Shown here in pieces: positions 46,486 through 55,744 of a DNA stretch of 64,000 nucleotides (position 1 is the stretch's first letter; every line of letters starts with the position of its first letter). Origin of the DNA: Coleofasciculus chthonoplastes F2-STO-03 (GTDB lineage Bacteria > Cyanobacteriota > Cyanobacteriia > Cyanobacteriales > Coleofasciculaceae); assembly GCA_040222015.1 (NCBI GenBank), contig JAVJWO010000049.1:9382-73381 (forward strand), read 5' to 3'. A program made the position numbers and the translations under genes. The notes under the pieces were generated by a model, which saw only the letters and a program-made list of their open reading frames with translations, searched no databases and was not told where the DNA came from.

Positions 46486-48894
46486 ATGATCGGCGATAAT
46501 AGGTCAGTAGGTGAAAGGGGAAAGCGATTGTCCGGAGTCACAAAGAGACGCCAACGACGACGAGTCCAGAAAAAGTCCTCAGCTAATGGCTGTTTGGTTG
46601 CATTGGGTGCGATCGCAGCATTAATCGCCACGGGTGCGATCGTCACTGGGGGGATATGGCTAGGGATTCGCCTGATGATTGATCCCAATGCGGCGATCTG
46701 GCTGAATCGCATCTTACCCGGATGGACAAAGATTCCCATCGCTGATGCTTCACCCCCACAAACTCTGGCAACCATCCGCGACGAATTGCGCCAAACTGGG
46801 TTAATCGCCGCAGAACTTGTATCCCTTAATACAGGACAACCCTATCGAGAAACCCCTATTCTATTACCCATCTTAAAATCTAAGCCGAACTGTCAAACCA
46901 ATTGCCAAAAAATTGTCGAACTGAGACTCTATCAACCCATCGAATTCCAGCAAGCCGAACTCGCTTACCAACTGGTCACTCAGCTTACCATTAACGAACG
47001 GTCAGAATACTTTGTCCTCTCCTCCACCGACGCCATTACTGGGAGTGCGTCTCGTTCCCTAGCCTTTACTCAATTTAACCGTTTAGAAAATCAGGCTCCC
47101 GCCACAGGACTTTGGTTTAACCTCTGGGGAGTTCGCCTCACCGATGAATCCCCGAAAACTTATGGACAAATCCTCCATTACAACCCCGAACAAATGCACC
47201 TGAGTGTTATGTTGGACTGGCAAAGTCCCACAGATAAACCCCCCTATTGGCAACAAGTGACGGGTGAATCTACCCCAGAATTAGTGATTAATCAAACCGT
47301 AGGGTTAGAACCAAAATTTCAGGTATACCAGGTGCAACCCCGCCAGTTTCTCCTCAATCCAATTCAATTAACTGAAATTTCTTTGAATACACGGGCTGAT
47401 GATAGTCCCACCTATCGTAATTCCTTAATGTTAGCTCAGAATGGGTTATGGTCTTGGGCATATCGACGATTGCAACAAGAACAGAAAAACACTGAGTCGG
47501 CAACTATTCAAGCCCAACGGGATGTGATTCGACTTCATGCCCAATTTACCGAAGCCCAAGCCAAGCAAACTTGGGCAAGTCAAGGACAACAAGTTCTCGC
47601 CTATCTTATTGATGGACGCTGGACAGATGGCTTACAGATATTTCAAACCGCCGCCTTGAATGGTTCCGCCGAAGACATTGCTAATTTACTCAAAACCGAT
47701 ACAGAGAGATTATGGCGACGGGTAGAAGCTGCCCTCAAGATTAGTCCCAATGATCGCACCGTAAAAACCTGGGGGGCTTTAATTCTCGCCGCCCAAGAAG
47801 GGCGGGCTGAAGCTATCTCTTGGTTGCAGCAATTCCCCTCCCCTGAATCAGAATCCGATCAGCCTCAACTGGATAATGATGCCCAGATTTATGCCTACCT
47901 GGATTACCTGGATTTAGCGTTAGCCCAAGTCCCACCCATCACCCCTCATTTAAGTCAAATTTTAGGTACTGCACAATCGATTGAAACTGTCAAGCCGGAA
48001 GAGTGGCGACAACCGGAAGTGGGAAATAGTACAGCAACCTTTCCCCTATCGTTAACCACCCCATCTTCAATCCCCAATCCCCCATCCCTAGTTCTCCAAA
48101 AAGCCCCCCAACAGGTTTGGTATCAGATAGAAGTGGCGGCGTTTAATGATGGTCAACGCTGGCGTCAAACACCATTTAACGACGTGCAATTACCAACTGT
48201 TGCCCCAACGCAGCGTCTTTGGCAATATCTGGGCTTAGACACTGATCAGCGCCTGCAAATCGCCGTTTGGTCGGCACAGGGACGCCAGGAGACGATCGTC
48301 GCGACGGTTCAAGCGGTATCCTATCAAAACGGAGTGATCCAGCTTTTAGCCGCAGGAGTTGCCTTACCTAGCACAGAAAATAGTCGTCCCATGGCATATT
48401 CTCAAACCGCGCTACGCTGGCTAGAACCGGGTTCAATTAGCTTATCCGATTTAAACCAACTGCAACCGCAATGGGTGGCGGCAATATTACCAACACTGTG
48501 GCAGGAATTGGTCAAAAGTGGCAAGCGATCGCCCGAAGTCGAACCCACGATTGAGATGATGCTGCAAGAGATTGGACATTGGACAGTTCAGCCTCTGGAT
48601 TTGACCGGGAATAATGAATCAGAAGCCGTTTTAACCTTATATGAAGATACAGCCAGTACCAGCCCAACCCTAAATATCAAACGCCCGGAAACGAACAAGC
48701 AGCAATATAAACCTCGAACCTTAATATTTTCCGACAAGGGGGCGTTACTCTACAGTGAATTATCCAGCCAGGGGAATACATCACTGACTGCGATCGCGGA
48801 TTTGGGGGATGGCGGAACAGCGGCGTTAGTTTTGGCGGGTGAGAATAAATATAGGCTAAAACGGTGGTCAGATCAGCGTAAACGTTTTGAGTAA
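46486..48894 (+). CDS. Large membrane-anchored hypothetical protein
   Basis: 802-aa ORF with one TM helix, a helical middle region and a DLTGNNESEAV motif; HIP1-rich. Confidence 0.8.
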   Translation: MIGDNRSVGERGKRLSGVTKRRQRRRVQKKSSANGCLVALGAIAALIATGAIVTGGIWLGIRLMIDPNAAIWLNRILPGWTKIPIADASPPQTLATIRDELRQTGLIAAELVSLNTGQPYRETPILLPILKSKPNCQTNCQKIVELRLYQPIEFQQAELAYQLVTQLTINERSEYFVLSSTDAITGSASRSLAFTQFNRLENQAPATGLWFNLWGVRLTDESPKTYGQILHYNPEQMHLSVMLDWQSPTDKPPYWQQVTGESTPELVINQTVGLEPKFQVYQVQPRQFLLNPIQLTEISLNTRADDSPTYRNSLMLAQNGLWSWAYRRLQQEQKNTESATIQAQRDVIRLHAQFTEAQAKQTWASQGQQVLAYLIDGRWTDGLQIFQTAALNGSAEDIANLLKTDTERLWRRVEAALKISPNDRTVKTWGALILAAQEGRAEAISWLQQFPSPESESDQPQLDNDAQIYAYLDYLDLALAQVPPITPHLSQILGTAQSIETVKPEEWRQPEVGNSTATFPLSLTTPSSIPNPPSLVLQKAPQQVWYQIEVAAFNDGQRWRQTPFNDVQLPTVAPTQRLWQYLGLDTDQRLQIAVWSAQGRQETIVATVQAVSYQNGVIQLLAAGVALPSTENSRPMAYSQTALRWLEPGSISLSDLNQLQPQWVAAILPTLWQELVKSGKRSPEVEPTIEMMLQEIGHWTVQPLDLTGNNESEAVLTLYEDTASTSPTLNIKRPETNKQQYKPRTLIFSDKGALLYSELSSQGNTSLTAIADLGDGGTAALVLAGENKYRLKRWSDQRKRFE

Positions 48895-48912
48895 AGGCAG
48901 ATTGATCACCTT

Positions 48913-48969
48913 TAGGACTGACGCAAAGGCTCTATATGTAGGGTGTGTTAGCGTAGCGTAACGCACCTT
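48913..48969. mobile_element. Truncated AGGACTTACGCA-type MITE with REP, just upstream of hsdM
   Basis: Nearly identical to 26587-26643. ACCTT occurs on both sides, consistent with a microhomology deletion of the right part. Confidence 0.8.
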
Positions 48970-48983
48970 TGCCCTATTAACCT

Positions 48984-51173
48984 ATGACGACAACCGTACA
49001 AAACGCTAATCATCAAGAGTTAGTCGGCTTGATCTGGAGTATCGCCGATAAGCTGCGAGGTCCCTACCGCCCCCCTCAATACCGTCAGGTGATGTTACCG
49101 ATGATTGTGTTGCGTCGTCTTGATTCTGTCCTAGAACCTACTAAGGAAGTCGTTTTAGCAGCCAAGGCAAAGTATGCGAACGTCTTGCAGGGGGAGGCGT
49201 TTGAGAAGGCGATCGCGAAAGTTGCGATCGGGGGGAATCGCCAACAGCCTTTGTATAACCTCAGCGAGTTTACCTTTAAGAAGCTTTTGGGGGACTCGGA
49301 AGGATTAGCCGATAATCTTCGCGCCTATATCAATGGCTTTTCTCCCCTGGCGCGGGATATCTTTGATAAGTTTGACTTTGATAAGCAGATTCAGAAACTC
49401 GATGAAGCCAATCGCCTCTACGAAGTCATGCAGGCGATCGCGAGTCCTGATGTAGAGTTATCTCCGGCGCACCTCTCCAACCTGCAAATGGGGTATTTGT
49501 TCGAGGAATTGGTGAGGAAATTTAACGAACAAGCAAACGAAGAAGCCGGAGACCATTTTACTCCCCGTGAAGTGATTCGCCTGATGGTCAATCTGGTCTT
49601 CTGTGAGGAAGAGGATGTCTTTCAAAAAGGGATTTACCGCACCGTCTATGACCCCACAGCGGGAACCGGGGGAATGCTATCGGTAGCGGAGGAATATATC
49701 AAACGGCAAAACCCAGAGGCAAATTTGGCATTATTTGGGCAAGAATATAACCCCGAATCCTACGCGATTTGCTGTTCTGACCTGCTGATTAAAGATGAAC
49801 CGATTAACAATCTGGTTTATGGGGACACATTAGGACTCAAAGACGCGAAGCAAAAGAGTAATAACTTTGTTCCCCACGATGGTCATAGCGATAAACAGTT
49901 TCATTATATGTTTGCTAATCCTCCCTTTGGGGTGGAGTGGAAACCAGAGAAAGATTTCATCGAGTCTGAATATCAAACCCTGGGGTTTAAGGGTCGCTTT
50001 GGCGCAGGTTTACCCCGGATTAATGATGGGTCGCTGTTGTTTCTGCAGCACATGATTTCTAAGATGTACTCTGCACCAGAGGCGGGGGGAGATGGGTCAC
50101 GCATTGCCATTGTGTTTAATGGTTCACCTTTATTTACTGGGGATGCGGGGAGTGGGGAGAGTAATATTCGCCGTTGGATTATTGAGAATGACTGGCTTGA
50201 TGCAGTGGTGGCGTTACCGGATCAGATGTTTTATAACACCGGGATTTTTACTTATATCTGGTTGGTGACGAATAAGAAAGCCCCCCATAGGAAAGGGAAG
50301 GTACAGTTGATTGATGGGACACACCACTATCAGAAGATGAAAAAGAGTCTAGGGAATAAGCGGAATGAGTTATCCCCTGAACATATCGAAAAATTAGTGC
50401 GACTTTATGGGGATTATCAACACAATGGGGAAAGCCAAGAACGGGTTTGTTCTAAGATTTTTGATAATCGGGAGTTTGGTTTTCTTAAGATTACGGTAGA
50501 ACGTCCCTTACGGCTGAATTTTCAAGTGAGTGAGGAACGCTTGGCGCGATTGTGGGAACAAACGGCGTTTCAAAATTTGGCAACCAGTAAGAAGCGTAAA
50601 GATGAGCAGGCGAAGCAGCTTGAAATGGAGATGGGGCAAAACTTACAAAAAGATATCATTACTGCACTGTATTGCCTGGATGGGAATAAACTCTATTTGT
50701 CCCGTGATGGGTTTGTGAAGGATATGGAAAAGGCTTTAAAACAAGCAGAGTTAAAGCTGAAAAGTCCAGTAAAAAAGGCGATTTTAGCAGCATTGGGGGA
50801 AACTGATCCGGAAGCGGAAATCTGTCAGGATAGCAAGGGAAACGTTGAACCGGATACCAGTTTACGAGATACGGAGATTGTGCCTTTACCGGAGGATATC
50901 CCTTTACCTTTACCGTTGGAGTATGATGGGAAAACGGGATTAGATGGGTTAAATAAATTAGTCAAAGCGCATTGTTTGGCGTATCTGGAGGCGGAGGTTT
51001 TACCCCATGTTCCCGATGCTTGGATTGATTTTGATAAAACGAAGGTGGGGTATGAGATTCCGTTGAATCGGCATTTCTATGTGTATCAGCCTCCTCGCCC
51101 CTTGGCGGCGATTGAGGAGGATATTAAGTCTTTAGAGGCGGATATTATGGCGATGTTGGGGGAGGTAGTGTAA
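48984..51173 (+). CDS. hsdM: Type I R-M methyltransferase subunit
   Basis: IWSIADKLRG, AGDHFTPREV, YDPTAGTGGML, ANPPFG and VGYEIPLNRHFY motifs. Confidence 0.96.
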   Translation: MTTTVQNANHQELVGLIWSIADKLRGPYRPPQYRQVMLPMIVLRRLDSVLEPTKEVVLAAKAKYANVLQGEAFEKAIAKVAIGGNRQQPLYNLSEFTFKKLLGDSEGLADNLRAYINGFSPLARDIFDKFDFDKQIQKLDEANRLYEVMQAIASPDVELSPAHLSNLQMGYLFEELVRKFNEQANEEAGDHFTPREVIRLMVNLVFCEEEDVFQKGIYRTVYDPTAGTGGMLSVAEEYIKRQNPEANLALFGQEYNPESYAICCSDLLIKDEPINNLVYGDTLGLKDAKQKSNNFVPHDGHSDKQFHYMFANPPFGVEWKPEKDFIESEYQTLGFKGRFGAGLPRINDGSLLFLQHMISKMYSAPEAGGDGSRIAIVFNGSPLFTGDAGSGESNIRRWIIENDWLDAVVALPDQMFYNTGIFTYIWLVTNKKAPHRKGKVQLIDGTHHYQKMKKSLGNKRNELSPEHIEKLVRLYGDYQHNGESQERVCSKIFDNREFGFLKITVERPLRLNFQVSEERLARLWEQTAFQNLATSKKRKDEQAKQLEMEMGQNLQKDIITALYCLDGNKLYLSRDGFVKDMEKALKQAELKLKSPVKKAILAALGETDPEAEICQDSKGNVEPDTSLRDTEIVPLPEDIPLPLPLEYDGKTGLDGLNKLVKAHCLAYLEAEVLPHVPDAWIDFDKTKVGYEIPLNRHFYVYQPPRPLAAIEEDIKSLEADIMAMLGEVV

Positions 51174-51216
51174 ATTAGACTTAATAAGATGCAAATTTAG
51201 TGCAAGGCTGATCGGG

Positions 51217-51507
51217 ATGATTCATTTAGGGCGGGATATTCAATCGCTTTCCACCTTTAAGCGCAATACCAGTGACCTGATTCAACAGATGAAGGAAACG
51301 GGAAATCCGATTGTTTTGACAGTAAATGGGAAAGCAGAAGTGGTTGTACAGGATGCTACTGCTTATCAGAAGTTATTGGATACCATCGAACACCTAGAAT
51401 CTTTGGTGGCGATTCAAAGGGGATTAACAGATATTGACAAGGGTGAGACTCAATCCCTTGAAAGTTTTGTGACTGAGATGCAAGCTAAACATGGTATTTC
51501 AGATTAA
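51217..51507 (+). CDS. Phd/YefM antitoxin
   Basis: IQSLSTFKRNT..PIVLTVNGKAEVVVQDA.AYQ. Confidence 0.88.
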   Translation: MIHLGRDIQSLSTFKRNTSDLIQQMKETGNPIVLTVNGKAEVVVQDATAYQKLLDTIEHLESLVAIQRGLTDIDKGETQSLESFVTEMQAKHGISD

Positions 51508-51817
51508 GTTGACTCGTTATGCCAAAGAGGAAATAGAGTCGGCTTATCTTTGGTTAAAAGACTATAATTCTGCCTATGCAGACCAATGGTTTCGAGATTT
51601 GATGGATACCATCGCTACTTTACAAGAAAAGCCAAGACGTTGTGCTTTAGCCAGGGAAAATGATGATTTTTCAGAGGAGATTAGACAGCTTCTTTATGGA
51701 AAATCCAAGAGTCGATATCGCATTGTTTTTACAGTTAAAGGGGAGTTTGTTTATATTCTTTCTGTGCGCCGTGGGTCTAGGTCAGCTTTAGATTTTAACC
51801 CTCTCGATATGGAGTAA
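51491..51817 (+). CDS. RelE/ParE family toxin
   Basis: LTRYAKEEIE, P.RCALARE, IRQLLYG..YRIVF and LSVRRG motifs; overlaps the antitoxin. Confidence 0.85.
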   Translation: MVFQIKLTRYAKEEIESAYLWLKDYNSAYADQWFRDLMDTIATLQEKPRRCALARENDDFSEEIRQLLYGKSKSRYRIVFTVKGEFVYILSVRRGSRSALDFNPLDME

Positions 51818-51836
51818 TTTAAGGGAGACTAACATT

Positions 51837-52157
51837 ATGCAGGTAACGATTAATTTACCGGACAAGTTAACGGCAAAGGTACAAAATAAATGGAGAGATT
51901 TACCGCAAGAAATTCTCCGTCAATTGGTGTTGAAAGCATTTAGGGAAGGGCTGATTGATTTTGAGGAGTTTCAGGAGTTGGGAACGTTTGCATCTGAAGG
52001 AGATTTAAATGAGTTTTTGAAGCAAAATAATATGCTTCATAGTTCGGGGTTACTTAATTTATATGGTTGCTGTGCGGAGGATGATTTCGATGTTGATGAT
52101 TTAGGGGTAGATAATAGCCTAGATGATGATTTAGAAGGGGTTTTTGATGAGTCGTGA
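51837..52157 (+). CDS. Putative antitoxin (UPF0175-like N-terminus, acidic tail)
   Basis: MQVTINLPD..; overlaps the vapC start. Confidence 0.7.
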   Translation: MQVTINLPDKLTAKVQNKWRDLPQEILRQLVLKAFREGLIDFEEFQELGTFASEGDLNEFLKQNNMLHSSGLLNLYGCCAEDDFDVDDLGVDNSLDDDLEGVFDES

Positions 52158-52563
52158 CCTTGTTTATTTGTTAGATACTAATGTTTGTATTGTGTATCTT
52201 AAAGGAAAGTCCTTACAGGTGAACAGCCGTTTTGACAAGGTTAGTCCCAACAAGATTGCGGTGTGTTCTGTGGTTAAGGCTGAGTTATTCTATGGTTCAA
52301 TGAAGAGTAATAATCCTCAGAAGTCTCTGAATTTACAACGGTCTTTTTTGAATCAGTTTAGCTCTCTGCCTTTTGATGATAACTGTGCGGAGGTTTACGG
52401 AAGGATTAGGGCGGAGTTGGCAAAAGCGGGGACTCCGATTGGTTTTAATGATTTACAAATTGCTTCTATTGCGTTAGCAAATGGCTTAATTTTAGTAACA
52501 CATAATGTTAGAGAATTTGAACGGATTAAGGGTTTAAAGATTGAGGATTGGGAGGAAAATTAA
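52147..52563 (+). CDS. vapC: VapC PIN toxin (intact)
   Basis: YLLDTNVCI, AELFYG, GTPIG.NDLQIASIA, LVTHN.REF.RI.GL.IEDW motifs. Confidence 0.93.
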   Translation: MSRDLVYLLDTNVCIVYLKGKSLQVNSRFDKVSPNKIAVCSVVKAELFYGSMKSNNPQKSLNLQRSFLNQFSSLPFDDNCAEVYGRIRAELAKAGTPIGFNDLQIASIALANGLILVTHNVREFERIKGLKIEDWEEN

Positions 52564-52847
52564 TGGCTTTAATTATTTCAGATGAACAGTTGGAAACTAT
52601 CGAACTTCCGGCTGAGGTGCAGCAAAAAGCCTTACAAAAAGCCAAGGAGGGCTATGTAATGATTTTACTAGAAGCAGGGGAGATTACCAGTAGTCGGGCA
52701 GGAAAAATTCTAGGATTTTCTCGTTGGGAAGTGATTGAAAGGATGAAACAATGGGGTATTTCCCTTTTTGATGATTCTCAAGATTTGGAAGAATTAGCCC
52801 AGGAAGTTGAACAGGCAGAATTAATGTTACAGCAACAGAAATCTTGA
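52563..52847 (+). CDS. UPF0175 family antitoxin-like protein
   Basis: TAATG coupling; GEITSSRAGKILGFSRWE motif. Confidence 0.8.
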   Translation: MALIISDEQLETIELPAEVQQKALQKAKEGYVMILLEAGEITSSRAGKILGFSRWEVIERMKQWGISLFDDSQDLEELAQEVEQAELMLQQQKS

Positions 52848-52996
52848 ATGATTATTGTTTCTGCTACAACCCCGATTGGTAGGGGCTTGGTTACCAAGCC
52901 CGTACATTGTAGGGGTAGATGATAGCCTTGATGATGAGTTATAAAAGAGTTTGAACGAATTAAAGGGTTAAACATTGAGGATTGGGAGGAAGGTTA
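52848..52996 (+). pseudogene. DUF3368-like PIN start cut by a REP, then a collapsed antitoxin-vapC relic
   Basis: MIIVSATTPI, then GTAGGGGCTTGGTTACCAAGCCCGTAC (52879-52905). 52911-52941 resembles 52103-52133 and 52946-52996 resembles 52512-52562. Confidence 0.8.
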
Positions 52997-53245
52997 ATGG
53001 GTTTAATCATTTCAGATGATTTTTTAGAGGCTTCTGAGTTAACACAAACGGAGTTTTTGCAGGAGATGGCGTTGCATCTATTTCAGTCGGGACGTTTAAC
53101 CCTAAGCTATGCAGCGAAAATGGCGCAGATGGATGTCAGTGCTTTTCGAGATTTGTTGAAGGCGCGTCGTATTCCTCTATATCAATATGATGTAGATGAT
53201 TTTGAGGTTGATTTACAAAATTTGCAGGAGTTAGGGCGTTTGTGA
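52997..53245 (+). CDS. UPF0175 family antitoxin-like protein
   Basis: EMALHLFQSGRLTLSYAAKMAQM..F..LL..R.IP..YD..DF..DL. Confidence 0.85.
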   Translation: MGLIISDDFLEASELTQTEFLQEMALHLFQSGRLTLSYAAKMAQMDVSAFRDLLKARRIPLYQYDVDDFEVDLQNLQELGRL

Positions 53246-53373
53246 TTATTAGTGATACTTCTGTAATTACTAATCTGATTAGTATTGACCATATTGAGGA
53301 TTCTACTTTCTGGATTTCTCCACCTTTGTATAACAAAATTTTGGAATTAGCAGGAGAAAAGGAGGACGAGTGA
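53242..53373 (+). pseudogene. DUF3368 PIN toxin with an in-frame internal deletion (43 aa), coupled to hsdS
   Basis: MIISDTSVITNLISID..FWISPPLYNKILELAGE; the TGA overlaps the hsdS ATG. Confidence 0.8.
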
Positions 53374-54737
53374 TGGGACAGTATCAGGGTTATGAACGGT
53401 ACAATGATTCTGGTGTTGAGTGGTTGGGGGAGATTCCTGCACATTGGGATGTTGTGCCATTGAAAAGGCATTTATTGCCCCAGTCGGGGGCGATAAAAAC
53501 TGGTCCATTCGGAAGCCAATTGCTTTCATCTGAAATGGACGATCACGAAGTTAAGGTTTATAACCAAAGAAATGTTTTAGATCAAAATTTTGAATCAATA
53601 AAAAACTATATATCTCAAGAAAAATTTGAGTCCCTAAAATCATTTGAGGTATTTACTGGTGATTTTTTAATAACAACTAGAGGGACGATTGGTAAATGTG
53701 CAATTGCTCCCAAAGATTCTCAACGGAGAATTTTACATCCTTGTTTAATGAGATTGCAAATTAACCCTTTAACTTTATCAAATAATTTTCTAATGTATTT
53801 GCTCCAAGATGGAGAAGTTATTCTTGAACAATTAAAAGCAAAAAGTAACGCCACAACAATTGAAGTTATATACTCAGATAGCCTAAAATCTGTTTATCTT
53901 CCAATCCCGCCACTGGAAGAACAGAACGCGATCGCACAATTTCTCGACCACAAAACCAGCCAAATAGATGCCCTCATTTCCAAGAAAGAAGCCCTCCTCG
54001 AAAAACTCGACGAAAAACGCACCGCCCTCATCAGCCACGCTGTCACCAAAGGACTCGATCCAACCGTCCCCATGAAAGATTCTGGCATCGAGTGGCTAGG
54101 TGATATCCCTGCACATTGGGAAGCGGTAGGCTTAACCAAATATTTGCAGTCCTTAGTAGATTATCGAGGCAAAACACCGGAAAAGACAAAAGATGGGGTT
54201 TTCTTAGTAACAGCAAAAAACATTAAGAATGGTGTAATTGACTATTCATTATCTCAAGAGTTCGTCAAAGAAGATGAGTATGATGAGATAATGAGACGCG
54301 GTAAACCTGAAATTGGCGATGTTTTGTTAACAACTGAAGCACCCCTTGGAGAAGTGGCAAATGTTGATGATACCAATATTGCTCTTGCCCAAAGGATCAT
54401 AAAAATGCAAGGAAAAACTGATAGTTTAGATAACTACTTTTTGAAATATTGGATGTTGGGAGCATTTTTTTATCAAAACCTTCAATCCCTTTGTACTGGT
54501 TCGACTGCACTAGGAATTAAAGCTAGTAAACTTTGTTTACTAAAGGTTATTCTTCCGCCACTAGAAGAACAGAAGAAAATTGCTCAATATTTACGAGAAA
54601 AAATAGCCGAAATTGATCAACAAAAAACAAAAATTCAACAAGCCATCGACCTCCTAAAAGAATACCGCACAGCCCTAATTACCAACGCCGTAACAGGCAA
54701 AATCGACGTGCGCCAAGTCCCCATTCCTCAACCCTAG
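53373..54737 (+). CDS. hsdS: Type I R-M specificity subunit
   Basis: DSGVEWLGEIPAHW twice, PPLEEQ twice, TALITNAVTGKIDV; two AT-rich TRDs. Confidence 0.96.
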   Translation: MGQYQGYERYNDSGVEWLGEIPAHWDVVPLKRHLLPQSGAIKTGPFGSQLLSSEMDDHEVKVYNQRNVLDQNFESIKNYISQEKFESLKSFEVFTGDFLITTRGTIGKCAIAPKDSQRRILHPCLMRLQINPLTLSNNFLMYLLQDGEVILEQLKAKSNATTIEVIYSDSLKSVYLPIPPLEEQNAIAQFLDHKTSQIDALISKKEALLEKLDEKRTALISHAVTKGLDPTVPMKDSGIEWLGDIPAHWEAVGLTKYLQSLVDYRGKTPEKTKDGVFLVTAKNIKNGVIDYSLSQEFVKEDEYDEIMRRGKPEIGDVLLTTEAPLGEVANVDDTNIALAQRIIKMQGKTDSLDNYFLKYWMLGAFFYQNLQSLCTGSTALGIKASKLCLLKVILPPLEEQKKIAQYLREKIAEIDQQKTKIQQAIDLLKEYRTALITNAVTGKIDVRQVPIPQP

Positions 54738-54745
54738 AAACCCCT

Positions 54746-54985
54746 ATGAACACCGAATATCACGTTAAACTCATCCAACAAGGGAACACCCAAACCCTAC
54801 CCATTCCCCCAGAACTTAACCTAGACACCACAGACGTTACCATCCGTCAAGAAAATGGCAAACTGATTATCGAACCCTATAAAAAGAAATCCCTTCTCGA
54901 AGTTTTCTCCACCCTCGAACCCTTAGACGAAGAATTCGCCGATATTGACAAAGGATTATTACCCCTAGATGATATCGAACTTTAA
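54746..54985 (+). CDS. VapB/VagC (AbrB-type) antitoxin, orphan
   Basis: KLIQQGNTQTLPIP.E..L....V.IRQE..KLIIEP..LDEEF; no toxin gene follows. Confidence 0.8.
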   Translation: MNTEYHVKLIQQGNTQTLPIPPELNLDTTDVTIRQENGKLIIEPYKKKSLLEVFSTLEPLDEEFADIDKGLLPLDDIEL

Positions 54986-55021
54986 AAATGCTATACTCCT
55001 ATTTAAAAGACTTTAGAAACA

Positions 55022-55237
55022 ATGAAACAAACCCTTAAACAAATCAAAATTAGTGATATCCCTGATGCACTGCAACGCTTGGGGATAAGCCAAGACACCA
55101 CCATTAATTTAACCATCGAAACCGTCGAAGAAGAACAAGAAGATATCCTAACCCTACTTCAACAAATTGGTCAGGAAGCCCAAGCCAAAAGACTAACCGA
55201 CGAAATCCTAGAAGAACTGTTAGCTGATGAATCCTGA
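55022..55237 (+). CDS. Putative antitoxin, followed only by a PIN-like start (MNPDLIVI, 55227)
   Basis: EAQAKRLTDEILEELLADES tail overlapping the next ATG. Confidence 0.65.
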   Translation: MKQTLKQIKISDIPDALQRLGISQDTTINLTIETVEEEQEDILTLLQQIGQEAQAKRLTDEILEELLADES

Positions 55238-55531
55238 CTTAATTGTTATTGAAAACGTGACTAATTTTATCAATTTTTAACCTACTCTATTCATTAAAAA
55301 CCATGACTCAAAAAACTTTGACCCTGACCAAATAAAAGCCGAATACTTAGCCGAAAAATATAACCTGTGAAAGTTATACTCGATACCAACCTCATTCTTG
55401 ACTATGCTCTTAAGCGTGAACCCTTTAGTAAACTCGCTGACCAAATTTTTATTCTCATCGAACAAAAGCGGCTGGAGGGCTATGTTAGTGCATCTACCTT
55501 TACTGACCTTTTCTATATATCCTTTTTCCTT
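55227..55531 (+). pseudogene. Fused TA relics: PIN start, antitoxin tail (EYLAEKYNL) and a truncated PIN (MKVILDTN, 55367)
   Basis: GTGA overlap at 55367; PIN-like sequence ends at TDLFYI, just before the MITE. Confidence 0.7.
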
Positions 55532-55622
55532 CAGGACTTACGCAGCGACACCACTTATGGGGGCGAAGGTGCGTTACGCTGCGCTAACACACCCTACACA
55601 TAGAGGCTTGGCGTAAGTCCTA
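55532..55622. mobile_element. 91-bp MITE with 5-bp TSD TCCTT and an internal REP
   Basis: tcctt|CAGGACTTACGCA...GGTGCGTTACGCTGCGCTAACACACCCTAC...GCGTAAGTCCTA|tcctt. Confidence 0.88.
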
Positions 55623-55744
55623 TCCTTGCAACCTTGCTCCTTCCCTTCTGCCTTCTGCCTGGTTGGTGAGCCTGTCGAACCACTGCCCTCTGCCTTGTCT
55701 CCACCGATAGTGTAAGTATTCCACCGGACATAATATAATTTACC

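Noticed and set aside
53373..54737. Phase-variable (shufflon) hsdS
   Set aside because: No silent TRDs, inverted repeats or recombinase; the internal repeats are the normal conserved HsdS regions.
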